From Octopus bimaculoides (taxonomy: Eukaryota): a stretch of DNA of 64,000 nt. Below, one piece after another: positions 51,851-64,000 of the stretch. The stretch is from assembly GCF_001194135.2 (NCBI RefSeq), contig NC_068996.1, positions 38,932,954 through 38,996,953 on the forward strand, given 5' to 3'. Both the position numbers and the translations under genes were made by a program. A model generated the notes under the pieces. That model had not been told where the DNA came from. It did not search any database and saw only the letters and a list, made by a program, of their open reading frames with translations. The first letter of the stretch is position 1, and each line of letters opens with the position of its first letter.

Positions 51851-54800
51851 ATATATACACTGTATAGTTATGGCAACAGATATATGGAACTTGTGAAGTA
51901 CAGGGTTCAATTCTCTGTAGAGGCTTGCTGGTCACTTTTAAGTCTGATAGGTTTCTGGTTGAGTCTGTGTCAGTGGAGACCTCCAGCATTCTCAATCCCT
52001 GGACCATATTCCTGGTCACCACTATCAAACTGGAGATGGCTATCTGCATGTGCAGGCCTCATGAGTCAGAGTGGTTGTTCCAGTGCATCTTCCACATCAT
52101 TATCCAAGGCAACATCAAATCAAATTCGATGCCTGGCACCCGTGCCAGTGGAGTGCTAAGAGCACCATCCAAGCGTGATCGCTGCCAGAACAGCTGACTG
52201 GCTTCTGTGCCAGTGACACGCAGAAAGCACCATTTGAACGTGATCATTACCAGCATTGCCTTACTGGCACTTGTGCTGGTGGCACGTGAAAAAACATTTG
52301 GGTGAGGATGTTGCCAGTGCCGCTGGACTGGCCCCTGTGCAGGTGGCACATAAAAAACACCACTTGAGCATGGCCGTTGCCAGTACCGCCTGACTGGCTC
52401 TCATGCCAGTGGCATGTAAAAGCACCCACTACATTCTCAGACTGGTTAGTGTTAGGAAGGGCATCCAGCTGTAGAAACTCTGCCGGATCAGATTGGAGTC
52501 TGGTGTAGCCATTTAGTTCACCAGTCCTCAGTCAAATCATCAACCCATGCCAGCATGGAAAGCGCACGTTAAACGATGATGACGATTTGCTGGAACCATG
52601 TGAAGTACAGAAAATTAGACGTTCCACTCCTTAATGTAAAGTTACTCCATATAAATTGCTCAGTGTGTGTATGTTTTACTTGTTTCAGTCATTTGACTGA
52701 GGTCATGCTGGGGCACCACCTTGAACTTTTAGTTTAATGATTCAACTTCAGTATTTATTTTTTTAAAGCCTGGTACTTAATCGGTCACTTTTGCTGAACT
52801 GCTAAGTTATGGGGACACAAGCAAACCAATATTAGTTGTCAAGAAACAGGGGGTGGGGCAAACACAGACATAAAGACACACATACACAGAGCTATATACA
52901 CACACACATATATATATGAGGGGCTTCTGTCACTTTCCATCTGCCAAACCCACTTGCAAGGCTTTGGTTGGCTCGAGACTATAGTAAAAGACACTTGCCC
53001 AAGGTGCTATGCTGTGGGACTAAACCCAGAACCATGTGGTTGGGAAGCAAACTTAGAAGCATACAAAAAGTAATTTGTATTTTTAAGCATTACATAACAT
53101 ATGTGCATATTTTATGAAACTTAAACATGCCAGTTAGTTTTTTTTTAGTTTCTTGTAACTCTGTGACAGAAATCTGCCTGCATGCCTACATGTATCATTT
53201 GTTTTTAATGGTGGAACTCAAAATAGATAAAACTATAAATAATGGCAGGTTGAAAAAAAAAAAACCCTTGGATAGGGAAAAAGTCAAGAGTCACTTATGG
53301 AACTTGAACCTACACCTTCTATGAACATGAGACAGACATGGTACAAATTATACCAAAACAACACTTCGAATTTTTCTCATTTTTTCTATCCATGTCTTAA
53401 AATTTTTTTTTTTTTAAAGCCCAATATTCTACGTTTTCTTCTTCGACTGCCAATGTTAAAAGCGATTCATTTCAATCTCTAGAAGGTTTTTTTTTTTCTT
53501 TTTTAATAATTATGTAAACAGGATGACATTTTCCCATATAAGAACGAAACTTCTAAAATGATAGAAAAAATTTGAAGTGTTACATTGGAATAATGGTAGC
53601 AGCTCTGTGATGTTCACAGATGTGGGTCCAAATCCCAGTCAGCATTTAACTTCTTCCAACACCCGCCGCCAAGGAGTTTTTTTAACCCAATATTCTGCAT
53701 GATATTATGTATAGCTTTTTCTACTTTGATTTCCCACTGTTAAAAACTATTTCATATTTCAAAGTTTCCAAAATCTTATGATCTATGAGTGTGTATATTC
53801 CACAAACTATGTATATGTCTTTTTTCATGACTAAACAATAACCCACTACATATAATAAAGTATAATAATTAAGCTCTTTCTTCCTTTTCCTAATACAGAA
53901 GTCAACTGCGATTTCGAAATTTTGTGGCTAAAAGTTTGACAACCTTCCACGGCGAAACCAAACACAGTCGAACTTTTGGTATTTTTATGTACACACACAC
54001 GCACACACATTCACGTGTTTGGTTTTCAGTTGATGAGATTCTTCTGCGTTGTTTAACTTCTGTTTCGTATTTATCTGCTTTATGTTGTTCTACGTATCGC
54101 AAAAACTTAGCGAGCACTTTGTAGAATATCAGTCGGAATTGGTTTCATTCAACGTTTGCGTCCAATATCAAATAATTCTGGGTTACTGCACGGCACCCTG
54201 GACTGGGCAACCAAAGCATTGTGACAGGATTTTGGTTGACGACAACTGAAAGGACCAGTCGTATATAAATATATAGGCAGTCTTTTGGTATGTACGATTA
54301 ACGAATACCGAAAGATTTGATAAATATATATATCAAAACAAAAAATTTCGTGGACAGTTTCATATCCACGAAAGCTACAGCCTTGTTCACAGCTCATGGG
54401 ACTTTTTTTTCTGATATATGTTATAGTGACAATATATATGTGTGTGTGTGTGTGGTTTTGATCCACTACTGTTGCTTGACAACCAGGGTTGGTTTGTTTA
54501 CGTCCCCGTAAATTAGCAGTTCATCTAAAGAAACCAATACAATAAGTACCAAGATTAAAAATAAAGTCTCGTTCAACTATAAATCTTTCAGAGCGGTGCC
54601 CCCCACCCAGCACGGCCGCAGTTCAATAATAGAAACAAAAAGATAAAAGATATGTGTGTGTGTGTGTCACTTCTTTTAGATTTGTATGGGTCTTAACATT
54701 TGTGTATGCTTGTCTAACACTTGTAAACAAAAACGGAATGATTCTACTTTTTTTTTTCTTTTTAAACTGCGTAAAATGTTAAGACATCCGCAACCACACA

Positions 54801-56117
54801 CACACACTTCGCAGAGAGACAATGAACTTCCAAAAAGTTTTTTTTATTTTTTCCGCCTAGTTTTCATATCAACAATACTTTTTTTCCCCCCAACATAAAA
54901 GGTTATCTTAAAATTAGAATTGGATTTGTATAAGTTTTGAAAACATAATTTTTTTTTTTAAATGATAAAAAGTTAGTGGTCATGAAACTAAGATTAAAAT
55001 GTCAAATTTAATTATGTCTGTCGGAAAGTGTTTATACAGGACTGTGCAGGTGATAGACCCAAGTTACTAATTACCACACTTCTATAACCTAACTATTCTC
55101 TGCAGGTAGATTATTCTATAAATTTAGATCTTAAGAAATTGCAAATTCAAGTAAGTAAATGTATAGGATATTACCTCTGTTTAAATAATTAAGCTGTGGG
55201 GAAAAAAAATCGGTAAATCTCCACCCCCAAATCACATCATTGCTCAGTTCGTTTTAGCGAACTATATAGCTTTAACAGATTAAAGCTATATAGGAACAAC
55301 ACAAAAATTAATGTCGACAACCAATAAATAATGTTTTGATTTAAAATAAAACGACTAATCAGAAATGTGTACAGTTTTCAAGGCTTTAAAAGAAAAATTG
55401 ATTTTATAAAATACTCGTCAACACATGATTTGGAAGGAAATACGATATGAAAAGATGTAATATAAATACAACACGTACACTTGAATAAATGTCTTGAAGC
55501 GTGTATAATATAAGTCCCACGGTGAAAGAAATTAAGCGTGTGCATCAAATAATCAACATTATAAACACGTCAATACATATGTTTTTAAGCAAATCAACAC
55601 CAGCAGTAGATATATACGCGCCTAATCATAAATATATATATACATACACAGGTATATAAATTCATACACAGATATACGTATGTGGGTGTATAATTTTGGA
55701 CGTAAAAATGGTTAAAGATGTAAACATTAACCGCAGAAATAAATATTACCTCATTCAGGATGCACCCATCTATGCTGTTTCCTCACTATTTATATTTGTT
55801 TACTTACACATACATACATATACACACACTTTCTCTCTCTCTCTCTCTGTATATATATATAATTATATGTGTGCGTATGCGTATATTAATTTAAATGTGT
55901 GTGTATGCGTATATTAATTTAAATGCGTGTGTATGTATGTATATCTATCTATATTTATATATGTATATATCTATGAATGTGTCAGTAAAGTATCATGTGA
56001 TGAGAAAGTTATCTCCCTTTTTTTAAGTCGCTGACACGTTCCATATCCGCTTATGGCGCTGCAATCTCACTCGATTATCTCCGTCATAACCCGTCCCTCC
56101 CCGCCACAGCCACGCAC

Positions 56118-56200
56118 TATAAATACCGACACCAATCGCGCTAGTTGTAATTTGTCTTCGTCTTGACGGACTTTGTCCAAGCGTCGCTTATAATTATCGG
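56118..56200 (+). promoter_or_regulatory. Candidate TATA/Inr promoter and first exon of an unidentified plus-strand gene
   Basis: TATAAATA at 56118-56125, Inr-like CTAGTT about 25 nt downstream, and a G|GTAACG donor at 56200/56201, in a CpG-rich context. Confidence 0.4.
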
Positions 56201-56930
56201 GTAACGTTCAAATTACGTTGTTGTTTTAATCTTCTCATTATTCCTCTATCACTGGTGTCAAGGAATAATTAACAGCAATAATGCAAATGGTATACAAAAT
56301 TCACCTTGCGAGTAATTAACAACAACTATATTCTTATGTATGCAATAAAGTTTCTATTCGCACTATTATAAAAAGAAAAATAGCATTAAGAAATTTCTAA
56401 TTTGGTTATGGTTTTCATTTTATCTTTGGGTAGCGGTCTTAGTTATTTTATTATTCATTTTCATACATGTTTCTTCATATTATTATTATTATTTTTATTC
56501 TTGCGAAGCTTCTTTTATTTAGCACACATACAAAATTATTTTTTTTGTTTTGTTTTTCTGTAGCACTTCAATCACTAACCACTTGCCGTCCACTTGTCCA
56601 CTTTAATCAAGCACTTTGCTGAACACGCCACGCATAAATAGTTGATGATTGTACAATCAAAGATTATAATCTTTAATGTGTAATATATATAATGATCTAA
56701 GTACTTTTGCCCATTGTTTTAGAGGCAATATATTGCTATAAACCCATTTTTGTTACTTGCGTTTCTTTTTGTTTTCTTCTGTTTATATATTTTGTTCATA
56801 TATTTGTCCCAGTGCATTTTGTATAATTTGTCAATTACTTATTGTCCGTGAATTGATTTGCGATATATATCGTGTAATATATCATGCTCTCCCCCCCTCT
56901 CTCTCTCTCTATCTATCTATTTATCTACAG

Positions 56931-56970
56931 AATGTATAAGGTGTTTTCGACAGCTGATGTAAAGTAATAG
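56931..56970 (+). other. Candidate 40-nt 5'UTR exon of the plus-strand gene (uORF MYKVFSTADVK*)
   Basis: Long pyrimidine tract ending in ctacag, then an AG|GTATGT donor. Confidence 0.4.
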
Positions 56971-57027
56971 GTATGTACTGTGAGTACTCAGTTGGGTTTA
57001 CCACTTATACTCCGGCTTGAACTGCAA

Positions 57028-57091
57028 ATGAAAGTGTGATGTTGAGACTTCTAGCCGCCTTTGAACGGCAGTCTCAACATCACACTTTCAT
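57028..57091. other. Perfect 22-bp stem hairpin
   Basis: atgaaagtgtgatgttgagact / agtctcaacatcacactttcat with a 20-nt loop that contains a gccg/cggc mini-stem. Confidence 0.9.
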
Positions 57092-60000
57092 AAGTGGGTG
57101 TAGATACCGTTAATCGCTCAAGGAACCAATCTGAGACAAATGACAAAATCAGCTCGTTGATAACAGCTTGGATCCAGTTCCTGGTTGAAGCTAATTCAAT
57201 TTTATTTATATTCTGCGAACTTCCTTGAAAAATTATCAGTTGCATACTTGTCTAAATTACAAAACAATTTTATTGGCCGAGGCACAAGCATGGCAGTGTG
57301 ATAAGAAGTTGGCTTTCCAACTACATGATTCTGAGTTCAATCCCAATGTATCACCTTGAGCAAGTATTTTCTACTAATGCCCTGGGGCCAACCAAAGCTT
57401 TGTGAGTGGACTTGGTCGACGGAAACTGAGAAGCTCGCCTTGTGTGTGTGTGTGTTTCTCCCCCACCACCGCTTGACAACTGGTGGTTTTGTTTACGTCC
57501 CCGTACTTAGTGATCGAGCAAAAAAAAACGAAGTACCAAACCTTAAAAATACTGAGGTCGATTCGTTCGACTAAAACCTGTTAAGGAGGTGTCTCAGCAT
57601 GGCCGCAATCATTGACTGAGATCAGTAACAGATAAAAAATTCCCCTAATGGTTCCGATTTTAATTCTGCATTTACACACACACACAATTCCATTCGCCTG
57701 TTGGATGTCTCATCAGCTATATATGTATGCAACGCTGAGTTAGCGGTGTTTTGAAGAGAATCTTGCTGTTATTTCTAGCATGGCGCACGACGGCGTTATT
57801 TGGTCAGCCCGGATAGTGAGCACCTTCTGCTCTCTACTCGCTTCAAATCTGTCAGCTCCCCTTTGAATGATGTAGAGTTATCCTCGGTCTTACTCCAAGC
57901 ATTTACAGGTGTTTTAGTTCTTGTGCTGCCTTTTTGTCAACATTTAAAAGTGTTTGGTACTCTGTTGTACATGCATTTAAAGGTTGAATGAATCTTAACA
58001 TGGGACTGTGACACACCCCTTTTTAAAGAAGTAACATACCTTTAAGTACATTATCTAATGCGTCTTTATTTAATGGTAGGGTGTGTTTTGAGGAGAATTT
58101 GGCTACTGTTTCTAATAGACGTGAACCGGCTAACTTTTTCGTTCGCTTCTCTAAATCATCCCTGATAGAGTTATAATCAAAAGCATTCTATCCATGGTCT
58201 TCCCATTTTCTCCCCTATCATCGTGTACCTTAGATTGCATTATTCAATGAGCATCTGTTTTAAGATAAGGTATAAATTGATGGTATTTAAGCTGCTTTTT
58301 GTACCAAAGTACGTCATATGACTGCATAGAAGCTTCTTGTTGGCTTTATTACCCTTTGTTATAACACCAAGACACCTCTGAACTGAGCAGACTAATGATC
58401 ATAAGTTTTCCAATCTTGTATAAAGTATTACTTTAGAGGCGTTAAGGATTACATTAATGCCCTTCCATTTTTTAGTCTTTTTTTTTTTTTTTTTTAAGAT
58501 TGTGGAATATTTATTATTTCAGGGAAACGAAGTGTCGTGTGTGGACTGTCATCTGCATTACGTTAGAATGAAGATTGTTAATGTTTTTAAAACAATAATT
58601 CTGAGGTTTTGGTGTGTTTTCTTTTCTCAATTCTGTAAACTTTCGAATCCATTAAGATGCATAAATGAATGCGAACATAAATTTGATTGAATATCCATTT
58701 CAAATATAAAATAACTGTTAGCAGAGAAAGAACGTGCTTTATATTACGTGCATAGACATGCGTACACAGTAAGGGAGACGTTTAAACCCAGATACACTCT
58801 GATCAAGGAGACTTATGATCAAAGGAGTTCTAACGACCACCGTCCTGTTTTTGTTGACGTTTATCTCAGACATCTACATTGTCCAATGTGTCCTTTTTTT
58901 AAAAGGTGGTGAGGGTAAGGTTTGAGAGATTTACTTGCTATTTTTAGCAGGGGGTACTAAGAGGCCTTAATTGGTTCGGTGAAGGTATTATTAATGAATA
59001 ATAATGAGCTTAATGTATAGTGCTTAGTTGCATTACTTTTCGGAAAGGGTGAACAAGAAACAGCAAATCAAGTAAAAATAAAAACTGCAATGACAACCAA
59101 AGGTACATGTGCATTGTACAGAATAAGACAGAAAAAAGAAAGAAAAGTGAACAGGCAGGAGTGACTGTGTGGTAAGTAACTTGCTTACCAACCACATGCT
59201 TCCAGGTTCAGTTCCACTGCGTGGCACCTTGGGCAAGTGTCTTCTACTATAGCCTCACGCCAACAAAACCCTTGTGAATGGTAGACGGAAACTGAAAGAA
59301 GAACGTCGTATATTTATGTACAGGTAATATATGTATGCCTGTGTTTTGTACCCCTCTGTTGTTGGTGTATTTATGTCCCCGTAACTTAGTGGTTCGGCAA
59401 AAGAGACCGATAGAATAAGTTAGATGACTGAAACAAGTAAAAGAAGCATAAAGGAAAGGGGTGCATAGGTACATTAGCAGTGTTGGCAAATGTGAGGAAA
59501 CAATTTTTGAAGGATGCAAGTGTCTTGACAATTTAAAACTAATGAGAGCAGTTTATTTCATGCTTCAACAATACTGGATGAGAATGAGACACTATGAACT
59601 TTTTAAACAAACTTCATTACATAATAAAAAAATTATTAAATGTCAGAAAATTGAATTTTAAGTACAGATAATCTTTTTTGTTGGTTTTGAAGTCTTAAGT
59701 GTACCAAACTGGTAGATATTTGCAATGGTGAATATTTACGCATAACAAAATCAAAATTTAATCCTTTCCCAAATAATTGATAGGTTTCTCATTTAGGATC
59801 CAGATTAATAAAGGAAAACCAGGTTTTGGGAGTATGCTCTCCTTAGTAAGAAACCAAAATAAATATCACTATAACAAAACTTTTTTATACCTTTATATAT
59901 ATATATGCTGGGGGATTGCCTGGAAGAATTTTTAATCAAACAAATGGACTCTGGCACTAATTCTTATTTTTAAGCCCAGTACTTTATTTCATTGGTCTCT

Positions 60001-62470
60001 TTGTTGAATGGCTAAGTTACAGGGACACAAACAAACTGATACCAGTTGTTAAGAGGCGGTAGTTGGGGAAGGGGTACAAACACACATACACACATGTATG
60101 TTTATATATATATATATATGTGTGTGCGTGTGTGATGGGTTTCTTTCAGTTTCAGTCTACCAAATCCACTCACTAGGCTTTGGTTGGCCCAGGGTTATAG
60201 CAGTAGACAGTTGCCCAAAGTACCATAAAGTGGGACTGAACCAGGAACTATGTGGTTGGGAAGCAAACTTCTCACCACACAGCCATGTATGTAAGGAATG
60301 TTATTAAAATGTATTTATATAAGTAAGAATATTCAAGAGCACATTTTTAGTTTTTTTTTCCTTTTTAATTCATTGTCTTGTTAGTATGTTTTTAGATAGT
60401 TTGGCTATTGACATGAGTAGTTAACCATGAAACTAAGCAAACTGTTTTTGAAACACAAATCTACATTACATATTCATTATATTGATATAGATTATTGAAG
60501 TTTTAAGGTGTGTGTGCTTTTCTTCTCCCCCCACTCCATGAACTTCATGAATAAGATTAGTACCTATAGAAAATTTTTTGTGCAGTAATTTTCCCTTTCA
60601 AAAGGAAAACTGAATTGAAGAAGAAAAGAAAAGGCTAAATTAATGATTAATTAATATGTGTTGTGGGAAATTCAGTTAATGACTGTGTTTATGGGAGTTT
60701 GAGGAAAAAGGTAATGAGAGCCGTTTGAGGGAATGTTGTAGGACAAGGTGAATAGTGAAAAATGTTAATCCCAACCACTTCAGCATTGTTATACAATGAT
60801 TTTGTTTCTCAAAATAAAAACAAAAGCTATTTTTATTATTTGTTGTTTTATTGTAAATGCTTATTGTTGTACAGAATTGATGGATTTCTAACGTTCTTAT
60901 GAGTGTATGACTTTCGTCCATTGTTTCATTCTGCTGTAGAATGAACCGATCAGTTGCACAGCATATTGCCCGTCTATTTTATCTCTCCTATAACATCCAG
61001 CAACTTGAGATTTTATCCCACAACTTTTTCTTGCATCTTCAGCCTTTCTTCTGTGTGTATAGTTACTCTCAATGTATGGCATCATTCTCCACTGCAGTCA
61101 TCATCATCATTCCTGTTATTTTTTCTATGCATTTCAGTTGATATCCTTAATGCTTAGATACTGTACAAACTCGTTCTGACTCAACATATCTGAAAAATAT
61201 ATGTTTGGCATTCTTTGGGAAACCAGTAGTCATTGTTTTTTTGTTTTAAATATTCTAAAAGTTTTTAGCATATTTCAAAACTTTCACTTACACTACCAGA
61301 ATTTATGACAGATGACAATTTAAATTATTTACATTATTTACATTTGACGGATATTTGTCAAATGTAAATAATGTACATAATTCCTCATCTCTTAAATACA
61401 GAACTGGACAATTTAAATGATGTTTATCATCAGTGTTATAATAATAGATGCAGGCATGGATGTGTGGTTAACAGGTTTGGTTCAGTCCCATCGTGTAGCA
61501 CTTTAAGCAGGTGTCTTTTGTAACCCTGGGTCAGTCAAAGTATTGTGTGTGTAGATATGGTAGATGTACACAGAAGAAATCCGGCCATGGCGTTAGGAAG
61601 GGCATCCAGCTATAAAAACCTGGCCAGATCAGATTGGAGCCTGGTGCAGCCTCCTGGCTTGCCGGTCCTCAGTCAGACCGTCCAACCCATGCCAGCATGA
61701 AAAGCAGACGTTAAATGATAATGATGATTTTGTATAATTTGGGTAAAAACATCGTAACATGCATTCAAGAGCTCTTATGACATTATTTGGTTACCACATG
61801 TCATTCTACAGTGGAATATTTTCCAGGGTTGGATATACATGTGGAACTCCTTTATGCATAAGATTAACGCATGAATAATATAACAGGGGGATGGAAGATA
61901 ATATTTTTCTTTATTGCCCATAGAGGGGACAAACAAGGACAGACAAAGGGATTAAGTCAATGACATCGACCCCAGTGCGTAACTGGTATTTAATTTATCG
62001 ACCCCGAAAGTATGAAAGGCAAAGTTGACCTCAGACGAAATACTGCTAAGCATTTTGCCCGGCGTGCTAATGTTTCTGCCAGCTCGCCGCCCATGGAAGA
62101 TAATAGGCTTTAATAGTAGATCACTGCATCTGTTTCTGCTCCACACACCAGTTTTAAGTTGGTGAGTTCATATACAAGATGATTATTTCTAATTACTATA
62201 TGTTTGAATTATAATTATAGTAACTACGGGTAATCTTGTATAATGGTATATTCTTTCTTTTATTCTTGTTTCAGTCATTTGACTGTGGCCATGCTGGAGC
62301 ACCACCTTTAGTTGAGTTAATTGACCCCAGGACTTATTCTTTGTAAGCCTAGTACTTATTCTATCGGTCTCTTTTGCCGAATCGCTAAGTTACAGGAAAC
62401 GTAAACACACCAGCATTGGTTGTCAAGTGATGTTGGGAGAACAAACATATACACACATACATACATAAAT

Positions 62471-62532
<62 letters not shown>

Positions 62533-63216
62533 ATACATACATACAACAGCCTTCTTTCAGTTTCCGTCTACCAAATCCACTCACAAGGCTTTGGTCAGCC
62601 CGAGGCTATAGTAGAAGACAAGGCACTTACCGAAGATGCCACACAGTGGGACTGAACCCGGGACCATGTGGTTGGTAGGCAGGCTACTTACTACACAGCC
62701 ACTCCTGCTTATAATCATAAACTCACCAACTTAAAGCTAGTTTACACTGCAGAAACAAATGTTGTGATCTGCTATTAAAGCCTTGTATTTTCCATCCAGC
62801 TGTTGTTATCCTGATATATGTGTATGTGTGACAGTACATATTTTTTGTCTGCTTGTCTTGACATCGTGTGATAGTTGTAAATGAGTGTTGTTCATTTTCA
62901 GTATTCTGCAAAAATATGTCTGGCTAGGGGGAAATAATACCTTGCCTGGAAACCGGTAAAGGTTGGTGGTAGGAATATTATCCAACTATAGGAAATCTGC
63001 CTCAGTAAACTCTGAAAGCATAGAAAAGTGGATGTTAAAACAATAATATTGTTGTTGCATGTATTTCATTCAGCCACTTGACAACTGTCCAAAGAAATGG
63101 TATTGCTATAGTAGCTTGACTTCTATGTAATGTCAAGTTAAATTTTTTTTACAGTAATCACAATGATAGAGTTATGAGTTAACTCTAATTTTAATTAGAA
63201 ATGGCAAGTGGAGTAA

Positions 63217-63257
<41 letters not shown>

Positions 63258-64000
63258 GTGAAAAGTATTCCAACTCATTGCTAAGTAAACATATTTTATT
63301 TACATAAAGATTGAATCACAGTTTAATTACAAGGAAAAAGGAGAAAACAAGTAGGGATTAAACAGCAGAAAACGTTAGAGGTAGGGAGTACACGCCCAGA
63401 ATAAATGGCATGTTCTGTCACACCCTGCAGACATGACTGTGTTGCATTGCTGCTGAGAATGGCCAGTGGCACTTGCTGTGGCAGCCACCCCTACTTGTGG
63501 GGTTCATTTCTTAGATATGCCACAGTTATCCTGATTTTGCAGAGGTCTGAGAACACCCCAATTCTCAATGGTGACTAGCACAAGGTGATAGTGGTTGTTC
63601 AGGCTCCTATATTTATTTATTTATTTTTCTCTCAGTAATGTTGTGAACTGATGACTAGTTTATTGGAAACCTGTAACCAACAATGCTATTGTTCACCAAA
63701 TACAATATATGAAATAATAAATGGGTTAAATAAAACGAGTTTTTTCTAAATTAGTTGCTTATTATTAAATATTTATTGTATTTATGATTCATTAATCCAT
63801 ATTGTCTCATTTAAACCAACCAATTAACCAACCACCTAACCACCCAGCCATACACGTTCATGGTTTCTAATATTGTCTTCTCCACCTGAGTTTCCACTTT
63901 TGTTCTGCTGTTTTGCTCTAGATTAAGTTTTCTCTCATGAGAGCCGAGTTGTCTATAAAATAAGAATAAACAGAAGTGTGTATATTGAGAAATCAGTCAT

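Noticed and set aside
53585-53650. tRNA-like sequence with partial A/B boxes
   Set aside because: No convincing cloverleaf or acceptor stem. At best a decayed tRNA or SINE head. Other tRNA-like segments in the window are SINE heads.
58523-58700. Possible further plus-strand exon after ttattatttcag
   Set aside because: No convincing donor or recognisable protein could be found.

Overview
AT-rich, repeat-dense animal genomic DNA with about 13 N-gaps. The SINE, RTE and microsatellite landscape suggests an octopus genome (inference). Two protein-coding genes lie on the minus strand. The first is VAMP7/TI-VAMP: 8 coding exons reconstructed by hand between 30797 and 10087, all introns GT-AG and phase-consistent, 219 aa. 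The second is an intact thymidylate kinase (DTYMK) whose catalytic CDS is one uninterrupted exon (39862-39230) about 8.4 kb upstream of the VAMP7 ATG, behind its own splice acceptor. A candidate 52-nt exon at 46112-46061 splices in frame onto DTYMK but would form only a uORF if spliced onto VAMP7, so the two unrelated proteins may share 5' exons and a promoter. A CpG-retaining zone at about 53.3-58.8 kb looks like a divergent promoter, with a TATA/Inr and candidate 5' exons of an unidentified plus-strand gene. The rest is mobile DNA: several tRNA-derived SINE families, RTE and CR1 LINE fragments, an ORF1-only LINE-like element with a TSD, mariner, hAT and piggyBac relics, palindromic MITEs and a Helentron-type element. 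No rRNA, real tRNA or CRISPR array is supported. Coordinates were counted by hand and repeat boundaries are approximate.
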